Origin: Candidatus Thorarchaeota archaeon
GTDB taxonomy: Archaea > Asgardarchaeota > Thorarchaeia > Thorarchaeales > Thorarchaeaceae
Assembly: GCA_963726195.1 (NCBI GenBank)
Contig: CAVSBO010000003.1
Location: 768,001-832,000 of the forward strand
Direction: 5' to 3'
DNA length: 64,000 nt
The notes under the pieces were generated by a model. The model was not told the DNA's origin. It ran no database searches and was given only the letters and a program-made list of their open reading frames with translations. Each line of letters starts with the position of its first letter. Positions within the stretch are counted from its first letter, which is position 1. The position numbers and the translations under genes were made by a program. Shown in pieces: positions 31,670-41,823 of this stretch.

Positions 31670-32074
31670 CTATTTCTCATCTTTCTCGTTCGACGTGCGA
31701 ATGGCATCCCTTACATATGACCCAAAGTCCGAGGTCTCACCATCGCGCTGAACTCGTATCTTGGGTTCCTCCCCTTTCACTTGGCGCTCGATGTACATCA
31801 CGTCGATTTGGGTTACGACTTCCCGAAGCTCTTTGTAGACTATCAGGTAGAGCAGTACCTCTTCGATCTGAGCACCCACAGAGGGCTCTCGAGCTTTCAA
31901 GTCTTGTAGATAGGAATCCGCATCTGACGCTAGGAACCTTTTCAGGAGCTTTACCCGCTCAGCATCAACCTTCTGCTGGTGCTCTCGTATCTCATGGAGC
32001 TTCTTGTCTCTGGCGGCAAGTTCGGCCATTTTCCTACGACGGATAATAGCAAGTTCAGAATCATCGTCGCTCAA
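31670..32074 (-). CDS. PDCD5/TFAR19-like dsDNA-binding protein
   Basis: DDSELAIIRRRKMAEL...LLKRFL..DA..YL..LK...P...KIRVQR. Confidence 0.75.
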   Translation of the reverse strand: MSDDDSELAIIRRRKMAELAARDKKLHEIREHQQKVDAERVKLLKRFLASDADSYLQDLKAREPSVGAQIEEVLLYLIVYKELREVVTQIDVMYIERQVKGEEPKIRVQRDGETSDFGSYVRDAIRTSNEKDEK

Positions 32075-32192
32075 GTCGGAACCCTTGGGTCCTAGGGAAG
32101 ATAGACTGCTTTTTAGAATTGCTTTTTAGGACTAGTACGCCACACATCCTGAGAGCAGGCAGCTCATATAGCCAAGAGAGGCGAGATGAATC

Positions 32193-33130
32193 GTGTCTAT
32201 CAGTGGGCCATGCGACTGGTTGCAGAGTTCCTTATCGGGCCATTCATGCAGGCTCAGGAACCAGCTCCTAGCAAAGGCCGAAGTGTCTGCAAAGTGCTCG
32301 AACTCAGATGTGGCGGCCATTTGTGTTGATGCGTACACCTCCCTCGGGAAAGGGCAAGAATCTATTGATTCCGGTAGTACTGATGCTTTCCCCTATCTTG
32401 TCGATTCTGCAACACACTTCGAAAGCCTACAAGAGTTAGACAATGCTGTCATGGCTTACGTGAAGGGCATTAATTTCGCGGGAGGACTGGGACTGATAGA
32501 CAAGGGCTACGAGATGTTTCGACTCGCAAGGGCACTCTTCGAAAATGGCTTGTTGCATTCCGATCCATCATTGAAGAGCCCCGGAACAAAACAGATGCTA
32601 GTCAAGGCTGGCCAAGGGCTTATCGATTCGGCTCGGAAGAAGAAGGAACAGGCTCCCGTAATCGACGTGCACGCGGAACTGAAAGCCACGATATTGGGAG
32701 GGGTGGGACTCAGGAAAGCTGAGAAGCGTGAGAGCAAGGACATAGTCGGAATTGACGGACAACAGCTCTACGCGCGGAAGGCCCAGGAATACAGAGATAG
32801 TGCCGAAACATACGTCAAGTCTGGGATGGTGAAGAGTGCGGTAGTATTCGCCTGCATGGCAGCCCTCGCAGACCTCATGCTAGGAAAAGCGACGGAGGGA
32901 ATGGCATATCTCACTAAGACTGCGGCTGACTCAGGACAACGCGACAAGTTCAGTGAGAATCCTTGTTTCCAGTGGACAAAGTCTGGTTTTCAAAGTCTCA
33001 CGTTAGCAAGGACATCATAGCAATCGAGCAAGCACAGACTCAGTTCTTGCAGATACCATGGGGCTTCAAGGACGACCGCGAGTTTGCACGGCGAGTGATG
33101 GATGCGACTGCAAGACGTATCACTGAATGA
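32193..33130 (+). CDS. Hypothetical TPR/alpha-SNAP-like helical repeat protein (indels near 32980-33000)
   Basis: Helical-hairpin pattern (AVMAYVKG, YRDSAETY, CMAALADL); the frame continues as ...IEQAQTQFLQIPWGFKDDREFARRVMD to TGA 33130. Confidence 0.55.
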
Positions 33131-34412
33131 TTCGCAAGTGCGCGATGAAGAAACCACTTGTCGCATGTTTGTGAGGAAAGAGCCGACATACCTTCTGGGA
33201 GCATTTGAAATTGGGATATCCCGGGGAGTTCGGAACTGGACTCTGAAGCAGCTCGAACTTATGTTTCAGCATTGCAGAGTCTATCTGAGATTCCCCTTCA
33301 TGTGGAAGAAGGGAACAAGTCGCATACACAATCTCGGTACCGGGTTTGTCGGCATATGCCGTGAGCACGCCATCAAGTATCTTGTTCTGAACTGACATGA
33401 TGGCAAGTAGTCTGGCCTTGTTGAGCCGCCACTTGAACGATGGGTGACTGCGAAGGACGCCTGTGGAAGTGCAGGGCGCGTCCACTAGTATCTTATTTGC
33501 CCCTACAACCGGCGATCTGGAAGCATCTGCTTGAACCCACTCCACCTCCTCGCAGCCGAGAAGTCCACTTCTTTCATGGCCCATCCTCACACGATTAGAG
33601 TAGATGTCAGTAGCAACGATTCGGCCCCTTCCCGTCATAAGCTCGCAAATCAGCTGCGTCTTCATTCCTGGAGATGCGCATGCATCCCAGACAGTCTCTC
33701 CTGGACGCGGATTCAACGTGATGACTGTCAGAATGCTGGCTTTGTCTTGAATCAGGACTCTACCGTCCCTGAACTCGTCAGAGCGCACAATCGATTCAAT
33801 GCCTCGATTGACTCGATACAGCCATTGGACGTCTGGGTCTGGCTCAAGCTGAGCACCGGAGTCCGCAAGACACGAAATCACGTCCTCATCACCACTCTTG
33901 ATAGTGTTTGCTCTCACATAGTAGTCATGAGCCGCATTGTTGTGTTCCATCAACGATATTGCCTCTGCGCGTGGCAGATTGTCTAGCAATGTTCGCACGA
34001 GAAACGAGGGATGTGCAAGGCTAATACTAAGTCGCTCAATTGGTTTGAGATTCCTTGTGCTTCTCTGCAAGTCCAAAGACAAGGCGGAGGAGACCAAGGG
34101 GAGTAGATGCGGCATTTGACCCAAGTAGTCTTTGCTGATGACTTCGAGGGGCGTCTGCAGCCAGCGGGTCTCATAGACAGCCAACCGTAGAGAACTCCGT
34201 TCGCGCGCGGACAGCTCCGAGAGACGCTTGGAGCCTGCAACTTTCAGGAGAATGAAATCTATAGTGTTGAAAAACCGAACCACACCCAGAGTGAGAGAAT
34301 GCATGATGGGCTGTGCATCTGTGGAAATCCAAGAGTCCTGGTCATGCTTCCGGAGAACTGAACGCACTGAGGTCGACCGATCATAAGCCTCTAGGGCTCT
34401 CAGGGTCTCCAA
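33120..34412 (-). CDS. RsmB/NOP2/Sun-family RNA m5C methyltransferase with NusB-like N-terminus
   Basis: IQDKAS, DACASPGMKT, LVDAPCTSTG, YATCSL, ATSGFFIA. Confidence 0.92.
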   Translation of the reverse strand: METLRALEAYDRSTSVRSVLRKHDQDSWISTDAQPIMHSLTLGVVRFFNTIDFILLKVAGSKRLSELSARERSSLRLAVYETRWLQTPLEVISKDYLGQMPHLLPLVSSALSLDLQRSTRNLKPIERLSISLAHPSFLVRTLLDNLPRAEAISLMEHNNAAHDYYVRANTIKSGDEDVISCLADSGAQLEPDPDVQWLYRVNRGIESIVRSDEFRDGRVLIQDKASILTVITLNPRPGETVWDACASPGMKTQLICELMTGRGRIVATDIYSNRVRMGHERSGLLGCEEVEWVQADASRSPVVGANKILVDAPCTSTGVLRSHPSFKWRLNKARLLAIMSVQNKILDGVLTAYADKPGTEIVYATCSLLPHEGESQIDSAMLKHKFELLQSPVPNSPGYPNFKCSQKVCRLFPHKHATSGFFIAHLRIIQ

Positions 34413-34471
34413 ACGGGCTGTGCGCTCAAATCCCTTGGCATCTCATCCCTCAATACAACTTGCACTGAGTC

Positions 34472-36139
34472 TCATATGAACTCGATTCCCGGTCCGACAT
34501 GTACGTACTTCATGCGTGTCAGCATTACTGGGAAATACTTCGCTCCGATGATGCCCGAGTCCTTGTATCCACCAAGATGGGGCATATGCGGGTCGAAGTA
34601 GAGGTGATCCTGGCCGATTGATACTCCGGCAGCTTCAACTCCCTTGGCCCACTTTGTTCTCACTGCCGCATCATCTGCAAAGACGGAGGACCTCAGGCCG
34701 AATCGAGAGGAATTCGCGATCTGAATGGCTTGGTCGACGCTGCTAACGCTCATGACCGGTAGTGATGGCGCAAACACCTCTTCCCTCATCACTCTCATGC
34801 TCTCGTCGACGTTAGTTAGCACTGCGGGTTTGTAGAACAGACCAGCAGCGTCGGGCTCTGAGAGGTAATTGCACCGAAACCCGCCGGTAATCACCTTCGC
34901 CCCTTTTGCCTTGGCGTCCTCCATCTGTTCAAGCAGGAGGTACAATGCGGTGAAGCCGACCGGTGGCAGGCTTACTTTGGGGTCTGACGGCTTTCCAATA
35001 CGGAGTTTCTCAACTTCGTCCGTTACTAGACGAACAACCTCGTCGTGAAGTGTGTCTTGGACCAGCAGGCGTTTGATTGCCATGCAGGCCTGCCCGCTGC
35101 CGAGAAACCTGCCCTTGACAATCATCTTGGCTGCGAATTCCAAGTCCACGTCTCGGCCCCATACCAAGCATGCATCACTTCCTGCGAGCTCCGGAGCCAT
35201 CTGTACCCTCTTGCTTGTAGCATCGGACCACAGCGTGATGCCAGTGTCACTGTCACCATACCACACAATCGCACCGACGTCAGGGTCTGACACGAACCTG
35301 TCCATTAGCTCCTTCCCGCCGCCGGTGAGAACCTGTATCATAGCCGGAGGAAGCCCCATTTCGGTGAACGTCTGCATGAATATTCGGCCCAGCAGAATCG
35401 TGCTCAAGGGTACCTTGCTTGGCGGCTTCAGAATCGTAGCGTTGCCAGCGAGAATGGAGGAGGTAATGCTGAGAATCCCTAGGGCAAGTGGTGAGTTGTA
35501 GGGCGTAAAGAGACAAGCGACTCCGTACGGCTCTCGAAATCTGTAGTTCTTGCCGCCATCTCTGCCGGGTGCTTCTATCAGATCGACGTCTTTTCCCCAG
35601 AGCTCGAATGTCTCACGTTCAAGGTATTCCGTGAACATGTCCCATGTCCATTCAAAGGTCTTGATGGGAACACCCTCCTTCACTGAAACGTCTCTCACTT
35701 CTTCGAAATGCTTCTTGACAGCAAGACCTGCTTGGTAGAGAGCCTCGACACGGTCGTCGAGTGTGCATCCCATATCGGGCAACTTGAACGGATTGAATAA
35801 TGCTTGGTGATCTCTCACTCCGGCCGCAATGGCGTCCTTGATGTCTGATTCACGTGAGACGGCAACCTTTGCATAAGCTGCGTTGTCTAGCTCGTCCTTT
35901 GTATAGTGTGGAACCCCGTGCGCCTTCCGATAGTCTCTCAGGTATCTCATTTCTGGGCTATCTGCAGGAATGAAGCGTGGTGCCCTAGAGAAAACGAATC
36001 GCTGAGAGAACGATGCTCCTCGGAGCTGAAGAGCGATTGCCAAACCAGGATCAACAACGACTTGATCCATGTCTGGAAAAACGACGTACTTCCCAGTATC
36101 GACCTCGCGTCCGTCAACGATGATTGGATAAACTTCCAT
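34472..36139 (-). CDS. Aldehyde dehydrogenase family protein
   Basis: REPYGV, PYNSP, LKPPS, PELAG (Glu), GQAC (Cys), EEVFAP, GGYKDSG. Start placed at ATG 36139 after a GAGG RBS; the longer ORF runs into the IS. Confidence 0.92.
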   Translation of the reverse strand: MEVYPIIVDGREVDTGKYVVFPDMDQVVVDPGLAIALQLRGASFSQRFVFSRAPRFIPADSPEMRYLRDYRKAHGVPHYTKDELDNAAYAKVAVSRESDIKDAIAAGVRDHQALFNPFKLPDMGCTLDDRVEALYQAGLAVKKHFEEVRDVSVKEGVPIKTFEWTWDMFTEYLERETFELWGKDVDLIEAPGRDGGKNYRFREPYGVACLFTPYNSPLALGILSITSSILAGNATILKPPSKVPLSTILLGRIFMQTFTEMGLPPAMIQVLTGGGKELMDRFVSDPDVGAIVWYGDSDTGITLWSDATSKRVQMAPELAGSDACLVWGRDVDLEFAAKMIVKGRFLGSGQACMAIKRLLVQDTLHDEVVRLVTDEVEKLRIGKPSDPKVSLPPVGFTALYLLLEQMEDAKAKGAKVITGGFRCNYLSEPDAAGLFYKPAVLTNVDESMRVMREEVFAPSLPVMSVSSVDQAIQIANSSRFGLRSSVFADDAAVRTKWAKGVEAAGVSIGQDHLYFDPHMPHLGGYKDSGIIGAKYFPVMLTRMKYVHVGPGIEFI

Positions 36140-36155
36140 TGTGGGATCCTCGTTG

Positions 36156-37464
36156 GGTTGCAAACAGTTAGTGGATTTAATATCAATTGGTACCACACAT
36201 AGACAGGTAATTGACTGTGCTGAATGGCCGACCGAGGTCATGAGAACACGAAGATCACGCGGGCCTACAAAACAGAACTGGGACCCAACAACGCCCAACG
36301 TTCGGTCATGCTCAAGCATATCGGTACAGCGAGGTTCGCGTACAACTGGGGGCTTGCGCGGCGGAAGGAAGAGTACGAAAGGACGGGAACTTCATCGAAC
36401 GCTATCGAGCTGCACAGGCAGTTGAACGCATTGAAGAAGACAGAGTTCCCGTGGATGTACGAGGTTTCCAAGTGTGCCCCGCAAGAGGCCCTACGAGATC
36501 TCGACAGGGCGTACAAGAACTTCTTCGAGGGGCGAGCAAAACACCCGAAGTTCAAGCACAAGAAGTTCGGCGCAGGCAGTTTCAGGCTCACAGGAGCAAT
36601 CAGGGTGTTCAGAGACTTTGTGCAGTTGCCCCGAATCGGCACGGTCAGACTCAAGGAGAAAGGCTATCTCCCAGTTGAGAGAGGCCATGTGCTGTCCGCA
36701 ACTATTTCAGAAAGGGCGGGAAAATGGTTTGTGAGTCTTCATGTAGAGGAAGAGATTGAGGTCAGGATTAATACTGGACCTGTGGTAGGGGTTGACGTTG
36801 GTATCTCGAATCTTGCCACAGTCAGTGACGGTACTATCATTGCAAATCCGAAACCTCTTTCACGCTTGGAGCTGAAGGAGAAGAGAATCCAGAGGTCTCT
36901 TGCTAGAAAGGTAAGGGGCAGCAGAAACCGTGCCAAGGCCGTGATACGGGTGGCCCGGTTCGAACTCAGGATTGCTAACATCCGCAGGGATGCACAGCAC
37001 AAAGCCACAACGGTGCTGGCGAGAACCAAGTCCGTCATCTGTGTGGAAAGCCTCTATGTGGCGGGGCTACTGAAGAACCATCGCCTCGCAAAGCATCTCG
37101 CGGATGCAGGCATAGGAGAGTTCCTTCGCCAGCTGAAGTACAAGACAGTGTGGAACGGAAGCACAGTCGTGGAGGCTGACCCGTTCTTCCCGTCCACGAA
37201 ACGATGCTCCAGCTGCGGAGCAGTCAAGGACGAGATACCGCTTTCTGAGAGAACATACAAGTGCGAGAGTTGTGCTTTTGAGGCCGACCGCGACTTGAAC
37301 GCTGCAATTAATCTGGCTTCAGTCGCCGCCAGTTGGGCGGAGACTCAAAACGCCTGCAAGAGTGGAGAGGTCCATGCCTCTACAAGAGGCAGGTGCTCCG
37401 CGATGAAGCAGGAACCGAACACTGTTTGGGACAGTGTCCTAAATGGGTAAGTTTCGGACAACGG
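36156..37464 (+). mobile_element. tnpB-only (non-autonomous) IS200/IS605-IS607 superfamily element, probably IS607-type
   Basis: tnpB with no tnpA; 3' tail ...GAAGCAGGAA...GGGTAAGTTTCGGACAACGG; GGTTG at both inferred junctions (36156-36160, 37463-37467). Ends are inferred. Confidence 0.7.
36224..37450 (+). CDS. tnpB: RNA-guided endonuclease TnpB
   Basis: RAYKTEL...ARFAYNWGL HTH; RuvC-I GVDVG, RuvC-II VESL, Zn finger CSSC/CESC, RuvC-III DRDLNAAIN. Confidence 0.95.
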   Translation: MADRGHENTKITRAYKTELGPNNAQRSVMLKHIGTARFAYNWGLARRKEEYERTGTSSNAIELHRQLNALKKTEFPWMYEVSKCAPQEALRDLDRAYKNFFEGRAKHPKFKHKKFGAGSFRLTGAIRVFRDFVQLPRIGTVRLKEKGYLPVERGHVLSATISERAGKWFVSLHVEEEIEVRINTGPVVGVDVGISNLATVSDGTIIANPKPLSRLELKEKRIQRSLARKVRGSRNRAKAVIRVARFELRIANIRRDAQHKATTVLARTKSVICVESLYVAGLLKNHRLAKHLADAGIGEFLRQLKYKTVWNGSTVVEADPFFPSTKRCSSCGAVKDEIPLSERTYKCESCAFEADRDLNAAINLASVAASWAETQNACKSGEVHASTRGRCSAMKQEPNTVWDSVLNG

Positions 37465-37480
37465 TTGTGCAAAAGCAAGC
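37320..37480 (+). ncRNA. Putative TnpB omega/reRNA scaffold plus 3' guide
   Basis: TnpB guide RNAs are known to overlap the tnpB 3' end and element right end; short hairpins visible (CGCC-AGTTG-GGCG, TGCCTCT-ACA-AGAGGCA). Boundaries are approximate. Confidence 0.55.
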
Positions 37481-37561
37481 GGATGTGAGCATCCTATAGT
37501 TCTTCTGAAATGCTGCAGAGCAATTAGAGTGATATCGCGCCGACGGACAGCACGCGAGCCC

Positions 37562-38110
37562 TCATTGCTCTGCTGAGTTGCTCTTCTGCCCTCTCCGATT
37601 CACGGGACGCTGATACATCTGAACAGGCATCCCCGGATGCTGTTCATAGGGCTTTCCCCACCGACGGAATCCGAACTTCTTCATCAGGCGCTCTCCAACT
37701 TCTTGCCCTGCGAGGATGTTGCAATAGTTGCGCTGACACCCTTGTGCCTTTGCGTAGTCTATGAAATGAATGTACATGGCTGAGGCCAGTCCGCTAGACC
37801 TGCAAGCCGAGCGGACAGTCTGGTGTTCGCCGAATAGTCCCTTGTCAGTAATCTTGGCCTTATAGACGCCCACGATCCGCCCTTCAAGTCGGCTTCCGAA
37901 GTAGTGGTGTCCGGATCGCATTTCCTCAACTATCTGCTCAGGACCGTACATCCTGATTCTTCGCCATGGTTCGGGATACTCCATCGCGAGCGGCCAGACC
38001 TCCTTGAAGAGCATGGAAATCTCTTCAGCATCCTCTTCTCCGAACTCGATAATCCGGATTTGCTCGGCTGGGAGTTGTGACGTGGAAGACCCCTCTAATG
38101 GAGAGCTCAC
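37562..38110 (-). CDS. GNAT-family N-acetyltransferase
   Basis: IVGV...V.SACRSSGLASAM (motif A R..GLA), KKFGF. Confidence 0.8.
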   Translation of the reverse strand: MSSPLEGSSTSQLPAEQIRIIEFGEEDAEEISMLFKEVWPLAMEYPEPWRRIRMYGPEQIVEEMRSGHHYFGSRLEGRIVGVYKAKITDKGLFGEHQTVRSACRSSGLASAMYIHFIDYAKAQGCQRNYCNILAGQEVGERLMKKFGFRRWGKPYEQHPGMPVQMYQRPVNRRGQKSNSAEQ

Positions 38111-38113
38111 TGC

Positions 38114-39229
38114 TCAGGCGAATGCCTTTGCCCAGTCATAAGCCTCTTGGATTGGAGTGCAAGCGCCACAACTGTGGCAGCCAGCAGCAGTCTTTGCAGG
38201 ATTCAGACGATGCTTGTAGAGAATTCTACCTACTTCCTTGTAGAATTCAACGGAGCCACTTAGGTCCCCTACATAGGTTGGTGTGTAATCTGCAAGCTGA
38301 CTTCCAAGGGCAGGTCTCACAGGCAGGACCACAGGCATGACGCCCATGTCAGATATCTCATCAGCCATATGAAGAGTGACAACGGCGTCTTCACCAAGAC
38401 CCTGAAGGAAGAAAGTGCTCACGTTTCCTCTGCCCAAGCGGCTGAGCGCATGTTTCCAACTGACTCGATATTGTTCTACCGTTGCTTGACGATACTTACC
38501 CGGGCACACATTGCGCCGTACGTCATCATCAGCGCATTCAATGTGCATCCCAATAGCGTTGACTCCAGCATCTATCAGCTCGTCTACCCGCGCCTGTTCC
38601 ACTGGGGGCTCGAACTGAACGCCGATTGGAATGCGGCTGAACCTGCGTATCTCTTTCACGATTTGGGACAGCCTTTCACAACCCATGTCAGAGGTCTCAG
38701 GTGTTCCCGTTGTAAGCAGAACACTCCTTATCACGCCCTCCTTCTCCGCTGCGCGAACAACCTCGGCGACTTGTTCCGGAGCTTTTTCCAGAATCGTGTC
38801 GCCTGTGGATTGCGATACAGGTATCGTGCAGAACTTGCACTGCTCGCCACTAGCCCAGTATCTGCAGGCTTGATACACAGTTGTTGCCAGAACATCTGCG
38901 CCGTGCAGAAGTGCAATCTTCTGATATGGAGTACCGTCGGCTGTAGTCAGGTTATAGAATCTGGGTCTAGGTACTTCCTTCAGTCGAACTCTGCCGTCGT
39001 ACAGCCAGATCCCCGGACTCTTAGCAGGAACAAGAGAAGCAGGACTGTATCTCTGGACCATTCTGCCTGTTCGGACAGGCACCCCACACGCCCTGCCATT
39101 TGACAATATGAAATACCGAGCTCCCACTGGTCCGGCGCCGCCACGTCTTCCTGTCCATTCTCCTTCGGGCAGAGTCACACCTTCGGTCAACAGACGGACC
39201 TTGAGTGTGAGCACGTCTTCTGCATTCAT
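38114..39229 (-). CDS. Radical SAM protein, MSMEG_0568/Nit1C-like family
   Basis: RRGGAGP, PRFYNLTTADGTPYQKIALLHG.DVLATTV.Q.C-x8-CKFC, LLTTGTP, C-terminal AGCHSCGAC. Confidence 0.85.
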   Translation of the reverse strand: MNAEDVLTLKVRLLTEGVTLPEGEWTGRRGGAGPVGARYFILSNGRACGVPVRTGRMVQRYSPASLVPAKSPGIWLYDGRVRLKEVPRPRFYNLTTADGTPYQKIALLHGADVLATTVYQACRYWASGEQCKFCTIPVSQSTGDTILEKAPEQVAEVVRAAEKEGVIRSVLLTTGTPETSDMGCERLSQIVKEIRRFSRIPIGVQFEPPVEQARVDELIDAGVNAIGMHIECADDDVRRNVCPGKYRQATVEQYRVSWKHALSRLGRGNVSTFFLQGLGEDAVVTLHMADEISDMGVMPVVLPVRPALGSQLADYTPTYVGDLSGSVEFYKEVGRILYKHRLNPAKTAAGCHSCGACTPIQEAYDWAKAFA

Positions 39230-39268
39230 TGCGTTCTTGCGCTCACTCTCATTTGGCCTAATGTGTCT

Positions 39269-40392
39269 TCACATGCTGACCCTCGAGGCCGAGTCCCAAG
39301 CCGCCATTACGATTTCAGGAAGGTCAAGAACGGTCAGTCCTTTTCCTGCCCGAGAAGCCAGCATGTTCTTGCAGAACGGACATGACGTGACTAACAGCTT
39401 GGCTCCAACCTCCTTCGCCTGTGACAGCCGGGCATCGCCGATGATGCTAGCTTGATCAGTGAATAGTGTTCTCATGCCAGCGCCGTTGCCGCAGCACATC
39501 GCATTTTCCCTACTACGGGCCATCTCGACTACTTTCCTGCCAGAGACCCTTTCGATGACATTCCTTGGGGATCGTATATGCCGCTGTGCCGACCTAGGTG
39601 ACACGGGTCATGGTATGTGATAGGGCCGCCAAAGTCAGTTACCCTCAGAGCATCCAAGTGCTTTTCGAGCAGCTGACTGATGTGAAGCACCGGTTTCTTC
39701 AGTTCAGCCCCGACCTGCGGGTAATCCTTGGTGAGAGCTCTGAAGCACCCGGGGCAGGTCACCACTATCTGATCACCTTCAGATTTGTTAAGGGCGGCCA
39801 CATTGTGGTGTGCCTGCTCAATTCCTAATTCTCGGAAGCCGGTCCTGAAGAGTGGGGAGCCGCAGCACCATTCGTCAGGAGTCACGGACACCTTGTACCC
39901 TAGGTGGGAGAGTACCGAAACAGTGCTGCGCGCTATGCCGTTTTCGTGATATGCCGCAGTACAACCAGCGAAGTAGAGAATCTTCTTGCCTTGGGTCTTC
40001 GTGGGAACAAACCACTTGTTGCGCTTTCCGTGGGGCTCGGCGAAGGGATTGTGATCGGCCCTGATTGCAGACGATATCTTGTCGAGACCTCGAGGATATC
40101 GACCTTCACTGACCAGCTTCAATCGTTCATTCTCGACCATTGTGGCAATGTCAACCTGAGGCAGACACCATGTGAGACACTGGGAGCATTCGAGACACTG
40201 ATAGAGCACTTCAATGGCGCGCTCATCGAGAGCACGTGTTCCCTTTGCTTCCTGATACATCAGCAGTGCACGGCCATGCGGCGTGGGAGAATCGGATCGC
40301 CAGGCCAAGAAAGTCGGGCACACGTGCCTACACATCTTAGGGCATCCAGCACAGAGGCGAAGCTGCTCAACGTCTGCTGATTCTTCCATCAC
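39269..40392 (-). CDS. Fe-S oxidoreductase (GlpC/HdrD-like, 4Fe-4S + two CCG domains; frameshift near 39570)
   Basis: CAGCPKMCRHVCP, CLECSQC...C, YFAGC, WCCG, YHDPCHLGR, CCGNG, TSCPFC. Confidence 0.9.
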
Positions 40393-41816
40393 GAATGCCC
40401 TCCCATTCCAAGCTTGCCGGGGTTCATTATGTCATTTGGGTCCAGAACTTCCTTGATTTTCTTCAAGACTTCAAAACCAGACCCAAGTTCAGCCTCGGTG
40501 TAAGTACTTCGAGTTGTTCCGACTCCGTGTTGATGGCTCATGGTGCCTCCTTCTCTGAGGCAAGCCGCTACTCCGTCATCCCAAATCCTGCGATATGTGG
40601 CCCATGCACTTTCCGCATCTGGCTGCGACACGAAGAATATCATGTAGATGCTACCACCGTTCGGGTACATGTGTGAGAAATGAGACATCACTGCAGCACC
40701 GTGGGCCTCCATTACTCTCTTCATTTCATGGTACACATTCTCGAGCCGATCATAGGTCGCAACAATGTCTATGGTGTCGCCTACAGAAAAGCCGCTAGTA
40801 GTGAACTTGGTAGGATAATACATGTCGTACCTGTGGTCCCACCAGTATTTTGAGGGCCCTTCCCCATAGTCCTTTGCTCCATTCTCGATGCAAATCTTGG
40901 CAGAGATACTCTCGTCTATGTCCACCTTCTCTGGTCTGCCATCGAATGCGAGCATCAGCATACAACTCCCTTCCTCAACCTCAAAGTGAGTACTCACGTG
41001 CATCGCCGTATCCTCAGCATCGTACAGACGCACGACTGACGGGAATACGCTCTCTCTGAATATGGCCCGGATGGCTTTCAACCCTGTATGAACATCTGGG
41101 AAGCACATGCTTCTGAAGTGTCTTGAAGCTGGAAGCGGAAAAAGGCGAAGAGTCGCTTCCGTTATCACGCACAGCGTTCCCTCAGACCCGATGAAAAGCT
41201 GTCTCAAGTCGGGCCCTACGGAGCTGCGCGGAATAGCTTTGCATCTTACGACGGTTCCATCTGCCAACACAACTTCAAGTCCCAGAGTCAAATCCTCGAT
41301 TTTGCCATAAAGAGAAGACATGGAGCCGCCGGACCGCGTAGCAATGAAACCACCCACGTTAGATGCCCTCAAGGAAGTGGGGGTGTGGCCAGTTGTATAG
41401 CCGTGCCTATTGACTTCCTCCTCCAAGTCGATGCCCACCACGCCGGCCTGCACACGGACTAGCATAGATTCGTCATCAATTGCAAGAACCTTGTTCATGC
41501 GTTTCAGGTCAAGTTGAATTCCACCATAGGTTGGCTGCGTTCCTCCACATGTTCCTGCACCTCCCCCAACAGGAACGACCGGCACCCTCAGTTCATTGGC
41601 GACCTGGAGAATCCTAGAGACCTCCTCAGTCGACGACGGATAAACTATCAAGTCTGCAAGCGGAATGGTCTCTCCAGCTCTAAGCCTGGCTTCACTAAGC
41701 GGCCATGCATCATGTGCGTTCAGAATCGCATCGGTCGTGTCTGTTGTGAAATGTTCAGGCCCAACAATGGCTTGAATCCGTTCCACTAATTCGGTCTTAG
41801 TTGCTGAATCCAACAA
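40389..41816 (-). CDS. FAD-linked oxidoreductase, alkyl-dihydroxyacetone-phosphate synthase (AGPS)-like
   Basis: VPVGGGAG, GHTPTS...SNVGGFIATRSGG..S..YGKIEDL, GPDL..LFIGSEGTL, HFSHMYPNGGSIY, SHQHGVG, DPNDIMNPGKL; start at TTG after GAGGTGA. Confidence 0.85.
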   Translation of the reverse strand: MLDSATKTELVERIQAIVGPEHFTTDTTDAILNAHDAWPLSEARLRAGETIPLADLIVYPSSTEEVSRILQVANELRVPVVPVGGGAGTCGGTQPTYGGIQLDLKRMNKVLAIDDESMLVRVQAGVVGIDLEEEVNRHGYTTGHTPTSLRASNVGGFIATRSGGSMSSLYGKIEDLTLGLEVVLADGTVVRCKAIPRSSVGPDLRQLFIGSEGTLCVITEATLRLFPLPASRHFRSMCFPDVHTGLKAIRAIFRESVFPSVVRLYDAEDTAMHVSTHFEVEEGSCMLMLAFDGRPEKVDIDESISAKICIENGAKDYGEGPSKYWWDHRYDMYYPTKFTTSGFSVGDTIDIVATYDRLENVYHEMKRVMEAHGAAVMSHFSHMYPNGGSIYMIFFVSQPDAESAWATYRRIWDDGVAACLREGGTMSHQHGVGTTRSTYTEAELGSGFEVLKKIKEVLDPNDIMNPGKLGMGGHS

Positions 41817-41823
41817 ATATCGG

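Noticed and set aside
36140-36319. N-terminal extension of the ALDH ORF given in the track
   Set aside because: Lies within the IS and overlaps tnpB antisense; ATG 36139 has its own RBS
36224-37450. TnpB as a Cas12 effector
   Set aside because: About 400 aa, no CRISPR array or cas1/cas2 nearby, typical IS-encoded 3' tail
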